Source: a virus
Virus record (IMG/VR): IMGVR_UViG_3300029535_000013
Length of the DNA: 41,169 bases
Direction: 5' to 3' (one strand)
Every line of letters starts with the position of its first letter. Position 1 is the first letter of the stretch. The position numbers and the translations under genes are program-made. Shown here piece by piece: positions 26,393-33,420 of the stretch. Below the pieces are notes generated by a model. That model searched no databases, was not told where the DNA came from, and was given only the letters and a program-made list of their open reading frames with translations.

Positions 26393-26434
26393 AGAGGGAT
26401 TTATCTAACCTTAAAAACAAAAAGGAGTCTTAAA

Positions 26435-27235
26435 ATGCTGCACACCATCCTCAACTTCCTCGTTTCCCTCTTCTCCGCCCTCTCCCGGGCGGCAGATGCC
26501 TCTACCTCTGACCCGGTGTCCACGGTGGACACCCAAAGCGCTGCTCCTCCCGGCTGGGAGGGCGCACCACCCTACCGATACATCGACGTGAGCCGGTATC
26601 AGGGCAAAATTACCCTCGACGGCTGGCGCAAGGTCAAAGCGGCTGGCTACAAGGGCGTCATGCTCAAGACGGTCTCCACCAACCGCAAGCTCTCCAAGCG
26701 GGCAGACGGGCTGTACATCGACCCTACCTTTGAGACCAACTACCGCAACGCCCGGGCTGCCGGGCTGGACGTGGGCGTGTACTACTACACCTATGCTATC
26801 AGCCACACCGGCGCAGACAAAGAGCTGGCTCTGCTGGCAGACGCTCTGCGCGGCAAAGAGCTGACTCTGCCGGTGGCTGTAGACGTGGAGGACAACAAGC
26901 TCAAGCAGCTTGGCCGACAGGCTTTGACTGACCTGACAGCCTACGCTCTGGCCCGTATCGAGGCAATGGGATTTTATGCCCAGCTGTACACCTACACCAG
27001 CTTCGCCAACACCCACCTTTACATGGGCGGCGCGGCGCTGACCCCCTACGACGTGTGGCTGGCCGACTATACGGGCAAACCGCCTGCTGTTACCTTTAAG
27101 TACAACTCCCACCAGCACACCAGTAAGGGCGCTGTGCCGGGCATCTCCGGCAACGTAGACCTCAACGTGACCACCGTCAACTACCCCAAAATCATCCGTA
27201 AGAAGGGCCTGACCCGTCTCCGGGAGGGCGCATGA
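26435..27235 (+). CDS. GH25 muramidase endolysin with N-terminal signal sequence
   Basis: YIDVSRYQGKI...GVMLK...VGVYYYTYA...VAVDVEDN...GNVDLN matches the GH25 pattern. The N-terminus MLHTILNFLVSLFSALSRAADA is hydrophobic. Confidence 0.8.
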   Translation: MLHTILNFLVSLFSALSRAADASTSDPVSTVDTQSAAPPGWEGAPPYRYIDVSRYQGKITLDGWRKVKAAGYKGVMLKTVSTNRKLSKRADGLYIDPTFETNYRNARAAGLDVGVYYYTYAISHTGADKELALLADALRGKELTLPVAVDVEDNKLKQLGRQALTDLTAYALARIEAMGFYAQLYTYTSFANTHLYMGGAALTPYDVWLADYTGKPPAVTFKYNSHQHTSKGAVPGISGNVDLNVTTVNYPKIIRKKGLTRLREGA

Positions 27236-27489
27236 GCGACGCGATCATCGTAGCCATTATCACCGGCGGTCTGAGCCTGATCGGCGTGATCGTCTCCAAC
27301 AACCGCACCGCCCAGAGCATGGACGCCAAGCTGGACAAGCAGCAGGCTGTGACCGAAACCAAGCTGGAAGAGCTGACCCGGGAAGTCCGGACACACAACA
27401 ATTTTGCCCAGCGCATCCCGGTGCTTGAAGAACAGATGAAGGTGGCAAACCACCGCATTGCAGACCTCGAAAAAGAGAAAGGAGAGTAA
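27232..27489 (+). CDS. holin-like membrane protein (one N-terminal TM segment plus coiled coil)
   Basis: AIIVAIITGGLSLIGVIVS is a TM segment. ATGA overlap with the endolysin gene. Confidence 0.5.
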   Translation: MSDAIIVAIITGGLSLIGVIVSNNRTAQSMDAKLDKQQAVTETKLEELTREVRTHNNFAQRIPVLEEQMKVANHRIADLEKEKGE

Positions 27490-27492
27490 TAC

Positions 27493-27831
27493 ATGGCAAC
27501 AATCAATAACATTTTGGGCGTCATTCCCGTGCCGGTGGCCCTCGTGCTCATGCTGGGCGGGTTCATCTTCTACGCACTGGGCTGCGTCCGACTGGGCTAT
27601 GGCGCAGCGGTAAAGCCGCTGGTGCTGGACCTCATCGAGCAGGCGGAGAAGGAAATCCTTGGCACAAAGCGCGGCGCAGAGCGTAAGGCGTGGGTCGTCA
27701 AGATGCTTCGCGCCGCCCTGAGTACCAGCAAATACGGCAGGCTCATCAGCTGGGCCATCACCGATGAGACCATCGGCATCGTTATTCAGTTTTTCTTTGA
27801 CCGCGCCCGGGCGGCGCTGGAAAAGCAGTAA
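27493..27831 (+). CDS. holin (LL-H family-like)
   Basis: N-terminal TM segment ILGVIPVPVALVLMLGGFIFYALG, then LIEQAEKEILGTKRGAERKAWVVKML. Confidence 0.65.
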   Translation: MATINNILGVIPVPVALVLMLGGFIFYALGCVRLGYGAAVKPLVLDLIEQAEKEILGTKRGAERKAWVVKMLRAALSTSKYGRLISWAITDETIGIVIQFFFDRARAALEKQ

Positions 27832-27841
27832 GGAGATTATT

Positions 27842-28072
27842 ATGGCAAGCACTACATACGAGCAAACGCCACGCTATTATTATGATCAGCGTGCGTACCC
27901 GATTTTGTGGCCCGCAGTGTGTGACCATTTTGCCAACGGCGGCAAAATGGGACATTACCGTGCCGTGACCGTTCGAGTGCGCAACGCCGGACAGCTGCCG
28001 CAGCCTTTTTGGCTCGGTGCTGCCTGTGGCGGCGGCTCGTGTAGTGCTGCCCGCTTCGCTGCAAGGACTTGA
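27842..28072 (+). CDS. hypothetical protein
   Basis: AAGGAG RBS. 76 aa. Overlaps the next ORF in another frame. Confidence 0.4.
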   Translation: MASTTYEQTPRYYYDQRAYPILWPAVCDHFANGGKMGHYRAVTVRVRNAGQLPQPFWLGAACGGGSCSAARFAART

Positions 28073-28082
28073 CCGACAGCAA

Positions 28083-28262
28083 ATGACCGCCGCAATCAAA
28101 AACGCACCGCTTGGGAGGGTAGACCGTAAGATAGCCTTACTGCGGTACGTTGAGCGGCTCCCGCTGCCGGACATTGCAGCACAGACCCATTACAGCCGGA
28201 CGGCGATAGGCTACCGGCTGAAAGTTATTGATGAAAAGCTAGACGAAAGGAGCTCACCGTGA
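28083..28262 (+). CDS. small sigma-70 region-4-like HTH protein
   Basis: DRKIALLRYVERLPLPDIAAQTHYSRTAIGYRLKVIDEKL. The start is uncertain (GTG 28017 or ATG 28083) and the RBS is weak. Confidence 0.45.
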   Translation: MTAAIKNAPLGRVDRKIALLRYVERLPLPDIAAQTHYSRTAIGYRLKVIDEKLDERSSP

Positions 28263-28402
28263 ACCTCGAAAATGTTCCGACCGCAAATCTTGTTACAGAG
28301 CTTCGCAAACGCGAGGGCGTGGAAACGACCATTGTCGAGCCATATCAGGACGCAGAGGTCAGCGTCAACGGCCCTGCGCTGGTTCTTGTCGTGACGGATT
28401 GA
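28259..28402 (+). CDS. small conserved phage protein (BC1881-like, 47 aa)
   Basis: GTGA overlap start. The product ...LVTELRKREGVETTIVEPYQDAEVSVNGPALVLVVTD resembles a small family common in Firmicute phages. Below the ORF-track size cut-off. Confidence 0.5.
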   Translation: MNLENVPTANLVTELRKREGVETTIVEPYQDAEVSVNGPALVLVVTD

Positions 28403-28507
28403 TTGTGGTATAATAACATCAACAAATCCACCCGGCCTATCGAAGAAGCGCATTAGGGTGGATATTTGTACAACTGGCCAGTCTCCCGCGCATCCAGCGT
28501 GAGACGT

Positions 28508-28549
28508 AAAAAGCCCCGGTGCTCTGTTTGGAGCATCGGGGCTTTTTTT
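28508..28549. terminator. bidirectional intrinsic terminator
   Basis: AAAAA, then the 12-bp stem GCCCCGGTGCTC/GAGCATCGGGGC with loop TGTTTG, then TTTTTTT. It lies between convergent genes. Confidence 0.8.
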
Positions 28550-28551
28550 GT

Positions 28552-28989
28552 TTATTTGAGATATTCCCGCAGCGCCCGCAGGATGAGTTCGTTTCGGCTG
28601 CACTGCTCGGCATCTATCCGGGATGTCATCTTTTCGGCAAGCGGACCCGGGATGTAGATCGTTGCCTGTACATCCTTTGCGCCCTCGCTGCCAGCACCAA
28701 AGATGGCGTCGCACTGCTCCTCGCCGAGGTGCTCAAACGCCCACTTTTGCGCGATCTCATCGGAGAGAGGCACAATCTGCTCACCGGGAGCCGTCCATCC
28801 GTCACTACGTCGGACGGCGTATACAGTGGCTGCGTTGCCCATGCCGTAGATAAACCATTTGCCCGCCTTAGTGCGGTAAAGAGTCTCCTCACAGTGGTAA
28901 AAGCTGGTGTAGTCCTGGTCAGACTCCCAGTGTCCCATTTTTTTTGCGGTATCGGTGTCATAGCGAGAGCCGTTGATTATTTTGCGCAT
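28552..28989 (-). CDS. hypothetical protein with C-terminal ribbon-helix-helix (CopG/Arc-like) domain
   Basis: The C-terminus ATIYIPGPLAEKMTSRIDAEQCSRNELILRALREYLK fits the RHH pattern. The N-terminal 100 aa are of unknown family. Confidence 0.55.
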   Translation of the reverse strand: MRKIINGSRYDTDTAKKMGHWESDQDYTSFYHCEETLYRTKAGKWFIYGMGNAATVYAVRRSDGWTAPGEQIVPLSDEIAQKWAFEHLGEEQCDAIFGAGSEGAKDVQATIYIPGPLAEKMTSRIDAEQCSRNELILRALREYLK

Positions 28990-30086
28990 GGTGTATCCTC
29001 CGTGTTATCAAAGTTATCGTCGTCTGCGGTTTTGGGCGTGGGAAGCCCGGCCAGCTGCCACCCTTTATAGCTCGATGCCGGACGTGATTTTAAGCGAGTC
29101 CCCCGGATCGATGTGGCAATCGCCCTAAATCCTGCTGCGATCCTTTTTGCGGCAACGTCCTCTGGGATGTCGTCGTCAAAAAACAGCAAATGATTTTGAC
29201 GAGCCCAGTCTAACAGATTGACCGCCTTGTGAGTGTTGCCGTCCGGGTCAATCAACCTCCAAACGAGAGCCTCGCGATTTTGTGGGCCTTTTTGGCCTCC
29301 CGGCAGTTTTAGAGCCGCCGAAACACCTACTGACTGCAATGTCTGCATATGCGCCTGGGTCTCCGGGTCTGCTGTCCGGCGGGCCTTTGCCTCATCCGAC
29401 CATGCGGCATTGTTGATATGACCATTTTTTAGCCGCAGCGCAGCGCCGCATTTTTTTGAGCAGCATTGCTGGTTTACCTCACTGGGAGAGGCATAAAAAG
29501 GCTTGCCGCAGATGGCGCAGATCTTTTTTAGTGACTTGCCTTTATGGTCGGCAGTCTCCTGATCATACGGAGGCTGCTTTGAGGGCGCGACGGGTTGCTG
29601 GACGCGTCCGTCTTTTCTGTGCCGTCCTCGCTGGCAGCCGCAGCTCCTTGATAGTTTTACGGAGCTGTATGACATAACTCTATCATTGCCGCAAAGAGCG
29701 CAATGCACGACGACCATTGTGCATTTGTAGCCATCAGCCATGATTTTAGCCGGTGCCGTGCCGACGATGGAGAGATTGCCGAATGTTTTGCCAATCAGCC
29801 GGTCAGCAAGCGGCTCTTTGGGAGGCTTGGCGTCCGGCATCTTGGGCTTCGGAAGACCCGCAAGCGTCCACCCTTTATAAGTGCGCAGCCCGTGAGGTCT
29901 TTCCGGGTGCCGGAGCGCGTACCCCATCATCTGGACGCCCTCGGAGATCCGGGATGCGGCGTTGTCCGGTGCGGCATCCGGGAAAAACAATTTTACATTG
30001 TCCTGGCTCCACTTTGCCAGATCATCGACCTCGTGGCGCTCGCCATCCGGGCCGATGAGCACCCATGCGTACCCATGGGTGCTCAT
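28977..30086 (-). CDS. internally duplicated DNA-binding-like protein with central zinc-finger motifs
   Basis: aa 6-82 and 274-352 are clear repeats (W-L-I-PDG...LFF...YKGW-LAGLP-PK). The centre has CALCGN...SCGC and CAICGKPF...CCSKKCG. No nuclease motif seen. Confidence 0.6.
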   Translation of the reverse strand: MSTHGYAWVLIGPDGERHEVDDLAKWSQDNVKLFFPDAAPDNAASRISEGVQMMGYALRHPERPHGLRTYKGWTLAGLPKPKMPDAKPPKEPLADRLIGKTFGNLSIVGTAPAKIMADGYKCTMVVVHCALCGNDRVMSYSSVKLSRSCGCQRGRHRKDGRVQQPVAPSKQPPYDQETADHKGKSLKKICAICGKPFYASPSEVNQQCCSKKCGAALRLKNGHINNAAWSDEAKARRTADPETQAHMQTLQSVGVSAALKLPGGQKGPQNREALVWRLIDPDGNTHKAVNLLDWARQNHLLFFDDDIPEDVAAKRIAAGFRAIATSIRGTRLKSRPASSYKGWQLAGLPTPKTADDDNFDNTEDTPCAK

Positions 30087-30358
30087 TGCATCACCTCGAT
30101 GTCACAATCGACGGTGCAGTTTGGAGTCACGACATTGCCGTCCTCATCGACGGTGTAGTCGATGTCGCTGTTGGTGCCGTCAGCGTAGCTCTTGGCGTAA
30201 TCGGCCAGATACTCGACGTCCTCGACCTTGTAAGCGTCCAGATCGGCGTTGTACTCGAGGCCACCGGCCTCGAAGAAATCAGCCTCAAAGTGTGCGCCGT
30301 TGGCGGTATCGGTCATCTCGATGCTCAGGAGCTTGCTGCCATCATAAAACTTAGTCAT
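30083..30358 (-). CDS. small highly acidic protein (91 aa)
   Basis: 22 D/E against 4 K and 0 R by hand count. GGAGGA lies 8 nt upstream. It is the first gene after the consensus promoter. Confidence 0.6.
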   Translation of the reverse strand: MTKFYDGSKLLSIEMTDTANGAHFEADFFEAGGLEYNADLDAYKVEDVEYLADYAKSYADGTNSDIDYTVDEDGNVVTPNCTVDCDIEVMQ

Positions 30359-30404
30359 TGTCGTCGTCCTCCATCTGTTGTTTGGTGTTCCTCTTGACGC
30401 TCTT

Positions 30405-30433
30405 ATTATAGCATAAATAATTTATTTTGTCAA
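30405..30433 (-). promoter_or_regulatory. perfect consensus sigma-70-type promoter (TTGACA-17-TATAAT) for the minus-strand operon
   Basis: The minus strand reads TTGACA (30433-30428), a 17-nt spacer, then TATAAT (30410-30405). Confidence 0.75.
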
Positions 30434-30467
30434 CATTAAATTTGAGAAAATAAATTATTTATGCTAT
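30408..30467. repeat. perfect 21-bp inverted repeat (candidate operator) with 18-nt centre
   Basis: atagcataaataatttatttt at 30408-30428 is the exact reverse complement of 30447-30467. Confidence 0.9.
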
Positions 30468-30470
30468 CTT
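30442..30470 (+). promoter_or_regulatory. mirrored plus-strand promoter TTGAGA-17-TATCTT
   Basis: It sits symmetrically to the minus-strand promoter, and its spacer is the right arm of the inverted repeat. Confidence 0.45.
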
Positions 30471-30548
30471 TTTTGTCCTTCGTTGTGCGTTCGTTGTCTC
30501 TTGGCTCTCCCTAAAAAGGTAAACTGAGCGCAAAGGGAGGGAAGCCCC

Positions 30549-30926
30549 ATGTGGCACAAGTTTAACCCTAACCCCCACGGGAGCAGCGTCGGAGACTGTG
30601 CTGTGCGGGCGGTAGCAGCGGCCACCGGCCAGAGCTGGGAGCAAGCGTATATTGCACTTGCTCTCACTGGTTACGCCCTCGGCGATATGCCCAGCGCAAA
30701 CCGCACATGGGGCGCATACCTCCAAAAGCAGGGTTACAAGCGCCGAATGGTGGAAGCGGACTGCGCCACCTGTTACACCGTGGCAGATTTTGCCCGGGAG
30801 TACCCGCACGGCGTGTATGTACTGGGCTGCTCCGGCCACGTTCTGGCCGTCATCGACGGCAAGTGGTGGGACAGCTGGGACAGCGGCGCGGAATGCCCGA
30901 TCTACTACTGGTATAAGGAGGACTAA
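30549..30926 (+). CDS. hypothetical protein, possible papain-like Cys/His fold
   Basis: AAAGGGAGGGAAG RBS. Contains VGDCAVRAV and later GCSGHVLAVIDGKWWDSWDS. A peptidase role is inference only. Confidence 0.55.
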   Translation: MWHKFNPNPHGSSVGDCAVRAVAAATGQSWEQAYIALALTGYALGDMPSANRTWGAYLQKQGYKRRMVEADCATCYTVADFAREYPHGVYVLGCSGHVLAVIDGKWWDSWDSGAECPIYYWYKED

Positions 30927-30929
30927 ACG

Positions 30930-31379
30930 ATGCCGTACAATCCATATGGCTATCAAATGCCAAACTACTACGGGCAGCCTATGCCTGACCAGCTCACGCA
31001 GCTGCGGCAGAATGCCGGGTATCAGCCGCCCATGATGAGCCAACCGACAGGGCAAAGCTCCCCATCCACGCCTCCGATCATCTGGGTGCAGGGCGAAGAG
31101 GGCGCAAAAGCCTACATGGTAGCCGCCGGGAACAGCGTGCTCTTGATGGATAGCGAGAACAGCGCCTTTTACATCAAGAGCACGGACGCAAGCGGAATGC
31201 CGCTGCCGCTCAGGGCCTTTGATTACAAGGAGCGCACCACGGCAGCTAAGATGCCCGCTCAGGCCGTCCAACAGCCCGGCGGGGAGTTTGTCACCAGGGC
31301 AGAGTTTGACGCCCTGGCAGCCCGCTGTGCAGCGCTGGAAAAGCAGGAGCCCACAAAAACCGAAACGGAGGTCAAGTGA
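30930..31379 (+). CDS. hypothetical P/Y/Q-rich protein
   Basis: The N-terminus reads PYNPYGYQMPNYYGQPMPDQ. The core reads IIWVQGEEGAKAYMVAAGNSVLLMDSENSAFYIKS. The C-terminus is helical. Confidence 0.55.
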   Translation: MPYNPYGYQMPNYYGQPMPDQLTQLRQNAGYQPPMMSQPTGQSSPSTPPIIWVQGEEGAKAYMVAAGNSVLLMDSENSAFYIKSTDASGMPLPLRAFDYKERTTAAKMPAQAVQQPGGEFVTRAEFDALAARCAALEKQEPTKTETEVK

Positions 31380-31381
31380 TC

Positions 31382-31609
31382 ATGGCAAATCCTCTTTTTA
31401 ATGCACTGGGCGGCGGCAAAGCATCATCCATGCCCGGCCCTATGGGCCAGTTCGGCCAGATGATGCAGCAGTTCCAGCAGTTCAAGGCTAATTTTCAGGG
31501 CGATCCAAAGCAGGAGGTGCAAAAGCTCCTGCAATCCGGGCGGATGAGCCAAGACCAGCTCAACCAGCTTCAGGCAATGGCTCAGCAGTTCCAGCAGTTT
31601 TTACACTAA
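31382..31609 (+). CDS. hypothetical Q-rich small protein
   Basis: MANPLFNALGGG...MMQQFQQFKANFQGDPKQEVQKLLQSGRMSQDQLNQLQAMAQQFQQFLH. GTG 31376 is an alternative start. Confidence 0.55.
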   Translation: MANPLFNALGGGKASSMPGPMGQFGQMMQQFQQFKANFQGDPKQEVQKLLQSGRMSQDQLNQLQAMAQQFQQFLH

Positions 31610-31670
31610 GTCGTAACCGTGGCCACGGTCGAGATACACTTTTTATCAAAAATTTCGAAAGGAGTACAAA

Positions 31671-32423
31671 ATGTCTCTTTCTTCTGACAACATCGGCTTG
31701 ACTATGCCGGTGCAGCCCGCCAATACCAACAACGGCAACGGCTTTGGCTTTGGCGGCGATGGTTCGTGGTGGATCATCGTGCTCTTCCTTTTCATCTTCT
31801 GCGGCTGGGGCGGTAACTGGGGCGGCAATCGCGCCGGTGCCGGCGCCGGCGTCGTGGATGGCTACATCCTGACCAGCGACTTCGCCAACATCGAACGCAA
31901 GATCGATGGCGTAAACAACGGTATGTGTGACGGCTTCTACCAGCAGGCACAGCTCATCAACGGCGTCCAGCAGACCGTGAGTAACGGCTTCATGTCCGCC
32001 GAGATCAGCCGTGCAAATCAGCAGGCCGCTTTCATGCAGCAGCTGTTTGCTATGCAGATGCAGGCACAGGATTGCTGCTGCGAGACCCGGTCTGCTATCC
32101 AGGGCGTCAACTACAATCTGGCTACCCAGTCCTGCGAGACCCGGAACACTGTGCAGAACGCGACCCGGGACATCGTAGACAACCAGAACCAGAACGCCCG
32201 GGCTATCCTGGACGCTCTCACAGCTCAGCGCATCGAGGCAAAGGACGCCAAGATTGCGGAGCAGAGCCAGCAGCTCTTTGCGGCCCAGCTCGCGGCCTCT
32301 CAGGCAGCCCAGAATAACTATCTGCTGAACCAGCTGCGGCCTACGCCCATCCCGGCTTATGCATCCTGCAACCCGTGGGCATCTGGCTCTTACGCCGGTT
32401 GCGGATGCGGCAGCTGCGCATAA
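31671..32423 (+). CDS. hypothetical single-pass membrane protein, G/N-rich N-terminus, Q/N-rich and Cys-rich C-terminal region
   Basis: TM segment WWIIVLFLFIFCGWGG. Contains DCCCETRS and SCETRN. Ends CNPWASGSYAGCGCGSCA. AAAGGAG RBS. Confidence 0.6.
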   Translation: MSLSSDNIGLTMPVQPANTNNGNGFGFGGDGSWWIIVLFLFIFCGWGGNWGGNRAGAGAGVVDGYILTSDFANIERKIDGVNNGMCDGFYQQAQLINGVQQTVSNGFMSAEISRANQQAAFMQQLFAMQMQAQDCCCETRSAIQGVNYNLATQSCETRNTVQNATRDIVDNQNQNARAILDALTAQRIEAKDAKIAEQSQQLFAAQLAASQAAQNNYLLNQLRPTPIPAYASCNPWASGSYAGCGCGSCA

Positions 32424-32514
32424 CCGAATCACGACAGCTTTTTGAGTGGTTGTTTCCAAAATGGAAATTCCCACATCAAAATGTTCAGCCCCTGAGCTGA
32501 TTTTGCAAACCAGA

Positions 32515-32543
32515 GCGCCGGGGCCGCAGTCCCGGCGTTTTTT
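32515..32543 (+). terminator. intrinsic terminator or attenuator inside the accessory operon
   Basis: Stem GCGCCGGG/CCCGGCGT, loop GCCGCAGT, then TTTTTT. It lies about 18 nt before the next ATG. Confidence 0.7.
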
Positions 32544-32561
32544 ATGAAAGGAGTCGATAAA

Positions 32562-32984
32562 ATGGCCGAATTTAGCAACTCTAACACCGTCAGTGTGGCA
32601 GCGGGTGAAAACCTTCCCCTGACCGAGACCGCGGTAAAAGCCCCTGCCTGCATCATGCACCGTGAGGGCAGCGGCCTCGTGACCCTGCGCGGTCTGACCA
32701 ATCAATGCAAAGCGCGCTTCAAGGTAAGCTTTGGCGGCAATATTGCCATTTCCACCGGCGGCACTGTGGGACCCATTTCCGTGGCGCTGGCTGTCGGCGG
32801 TGAGGCACTCAATAGCGCAACCGCCATTGTCACACCTGCTGCAGTCGAAAACTACTTCAATGTTTTTGTGGCAGCGTTCATCGAGGTGCCGCGCGGCTGC
32901 TGCGTGACTGTGGCGGCTAAGAACACCAGCGCGCAGGCGGTCAGCATTGCAAACAGCAACCTGATCGTTGAGCGGGTAGCATAA
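32562..32984 (+). CDS. BclA C-terminal-domain-like (C1q/TNF-like jelly-roll) protein, no collagen repeats
   Basis: GSGLVTLRG...ISVALAVGGEAL...RGCCVTVAAKN...ANSNLIVERVA. The ending resembles the BclA ending ...IIIEKVA. Assigned from memory of the family, not searched. Confidence 0.5.
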   Translation: MAEFSNSNTVSVAAGENLPLTETAVKAPACIMHREGSGLVTLRGLTNQCKARFKVSFGGNIAISTGGTVGPISVALAVGGEALNSATAIVTPAAVENYFNVFVAAFIEVPRGCCVTVAAKNTSAQAVSIANSNLIVERVA

Positions 32985-33000
32985 GAAAGGAGATAAAGCC

Positions 33001-33402
33001 ATGCTGGATAAACTGAACCATCTGAAAGATGAAATGTGCGACGAGCTCATGGAGCTGACCGACAAAAAGAACCGTTCCCCGGGCGATGTTGAGATGATCG
33101 GCGAGATCGTGGACATCATTCTGGACATCCACCGCATTGCGGACTACTGCGAGGGCGGCGAGTACAGCCGAACAGGCGAGTGGGAAGCTGACATGCGCGG
33201 GACTTTCGGCCACGATGCCGGAAACGGTTACAACCGGGGCAACAGCTATGCCAACCGTGGCCGACACTATGTCCGCGGCCACTACTCCCGCACGGATGGC
33301 CGGGAGCGCATGATCTCCGACATCGAGGACATGATGCAGGACGCCACCGGCGCAGAGCGAGACGCTTACAAACGCGCGGCGGACATTCTGCGCAACGCAT
33401 AA
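33001..33402 (+). CDS. hypothetical protein with basic G/Y/R/S-rich centre
   Basis: AAAGGAG RBS. Contains NGYNRGNSYANRGRHYVRGHYSRTDG flanked by acidic helices. Confidence 0.5.
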   Translation: MLDKLNHLKDEMCDELMELTDKKNRSPGDVEMIGEIVDIILDIHRIADYCEGGEYSRTGEWEADMRGTFGHDAGNGYNRGNSYANRGRHYVRGHYSRTDGRERMISDIEDMMQDATGAERDAYKRAADILRNA

Positions 33403-33420
33403 GGGAGGAGGGTGGCAAGT

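Noticed and set aside
31560-33137. 525-aa minus-strand ORF across the cargo operon
   Set aside because: It is antisense to several plus-strand genes that each have a strong RBS. It spans intergenic terminators and has no start context. It is a GC-rich antisense artefact.
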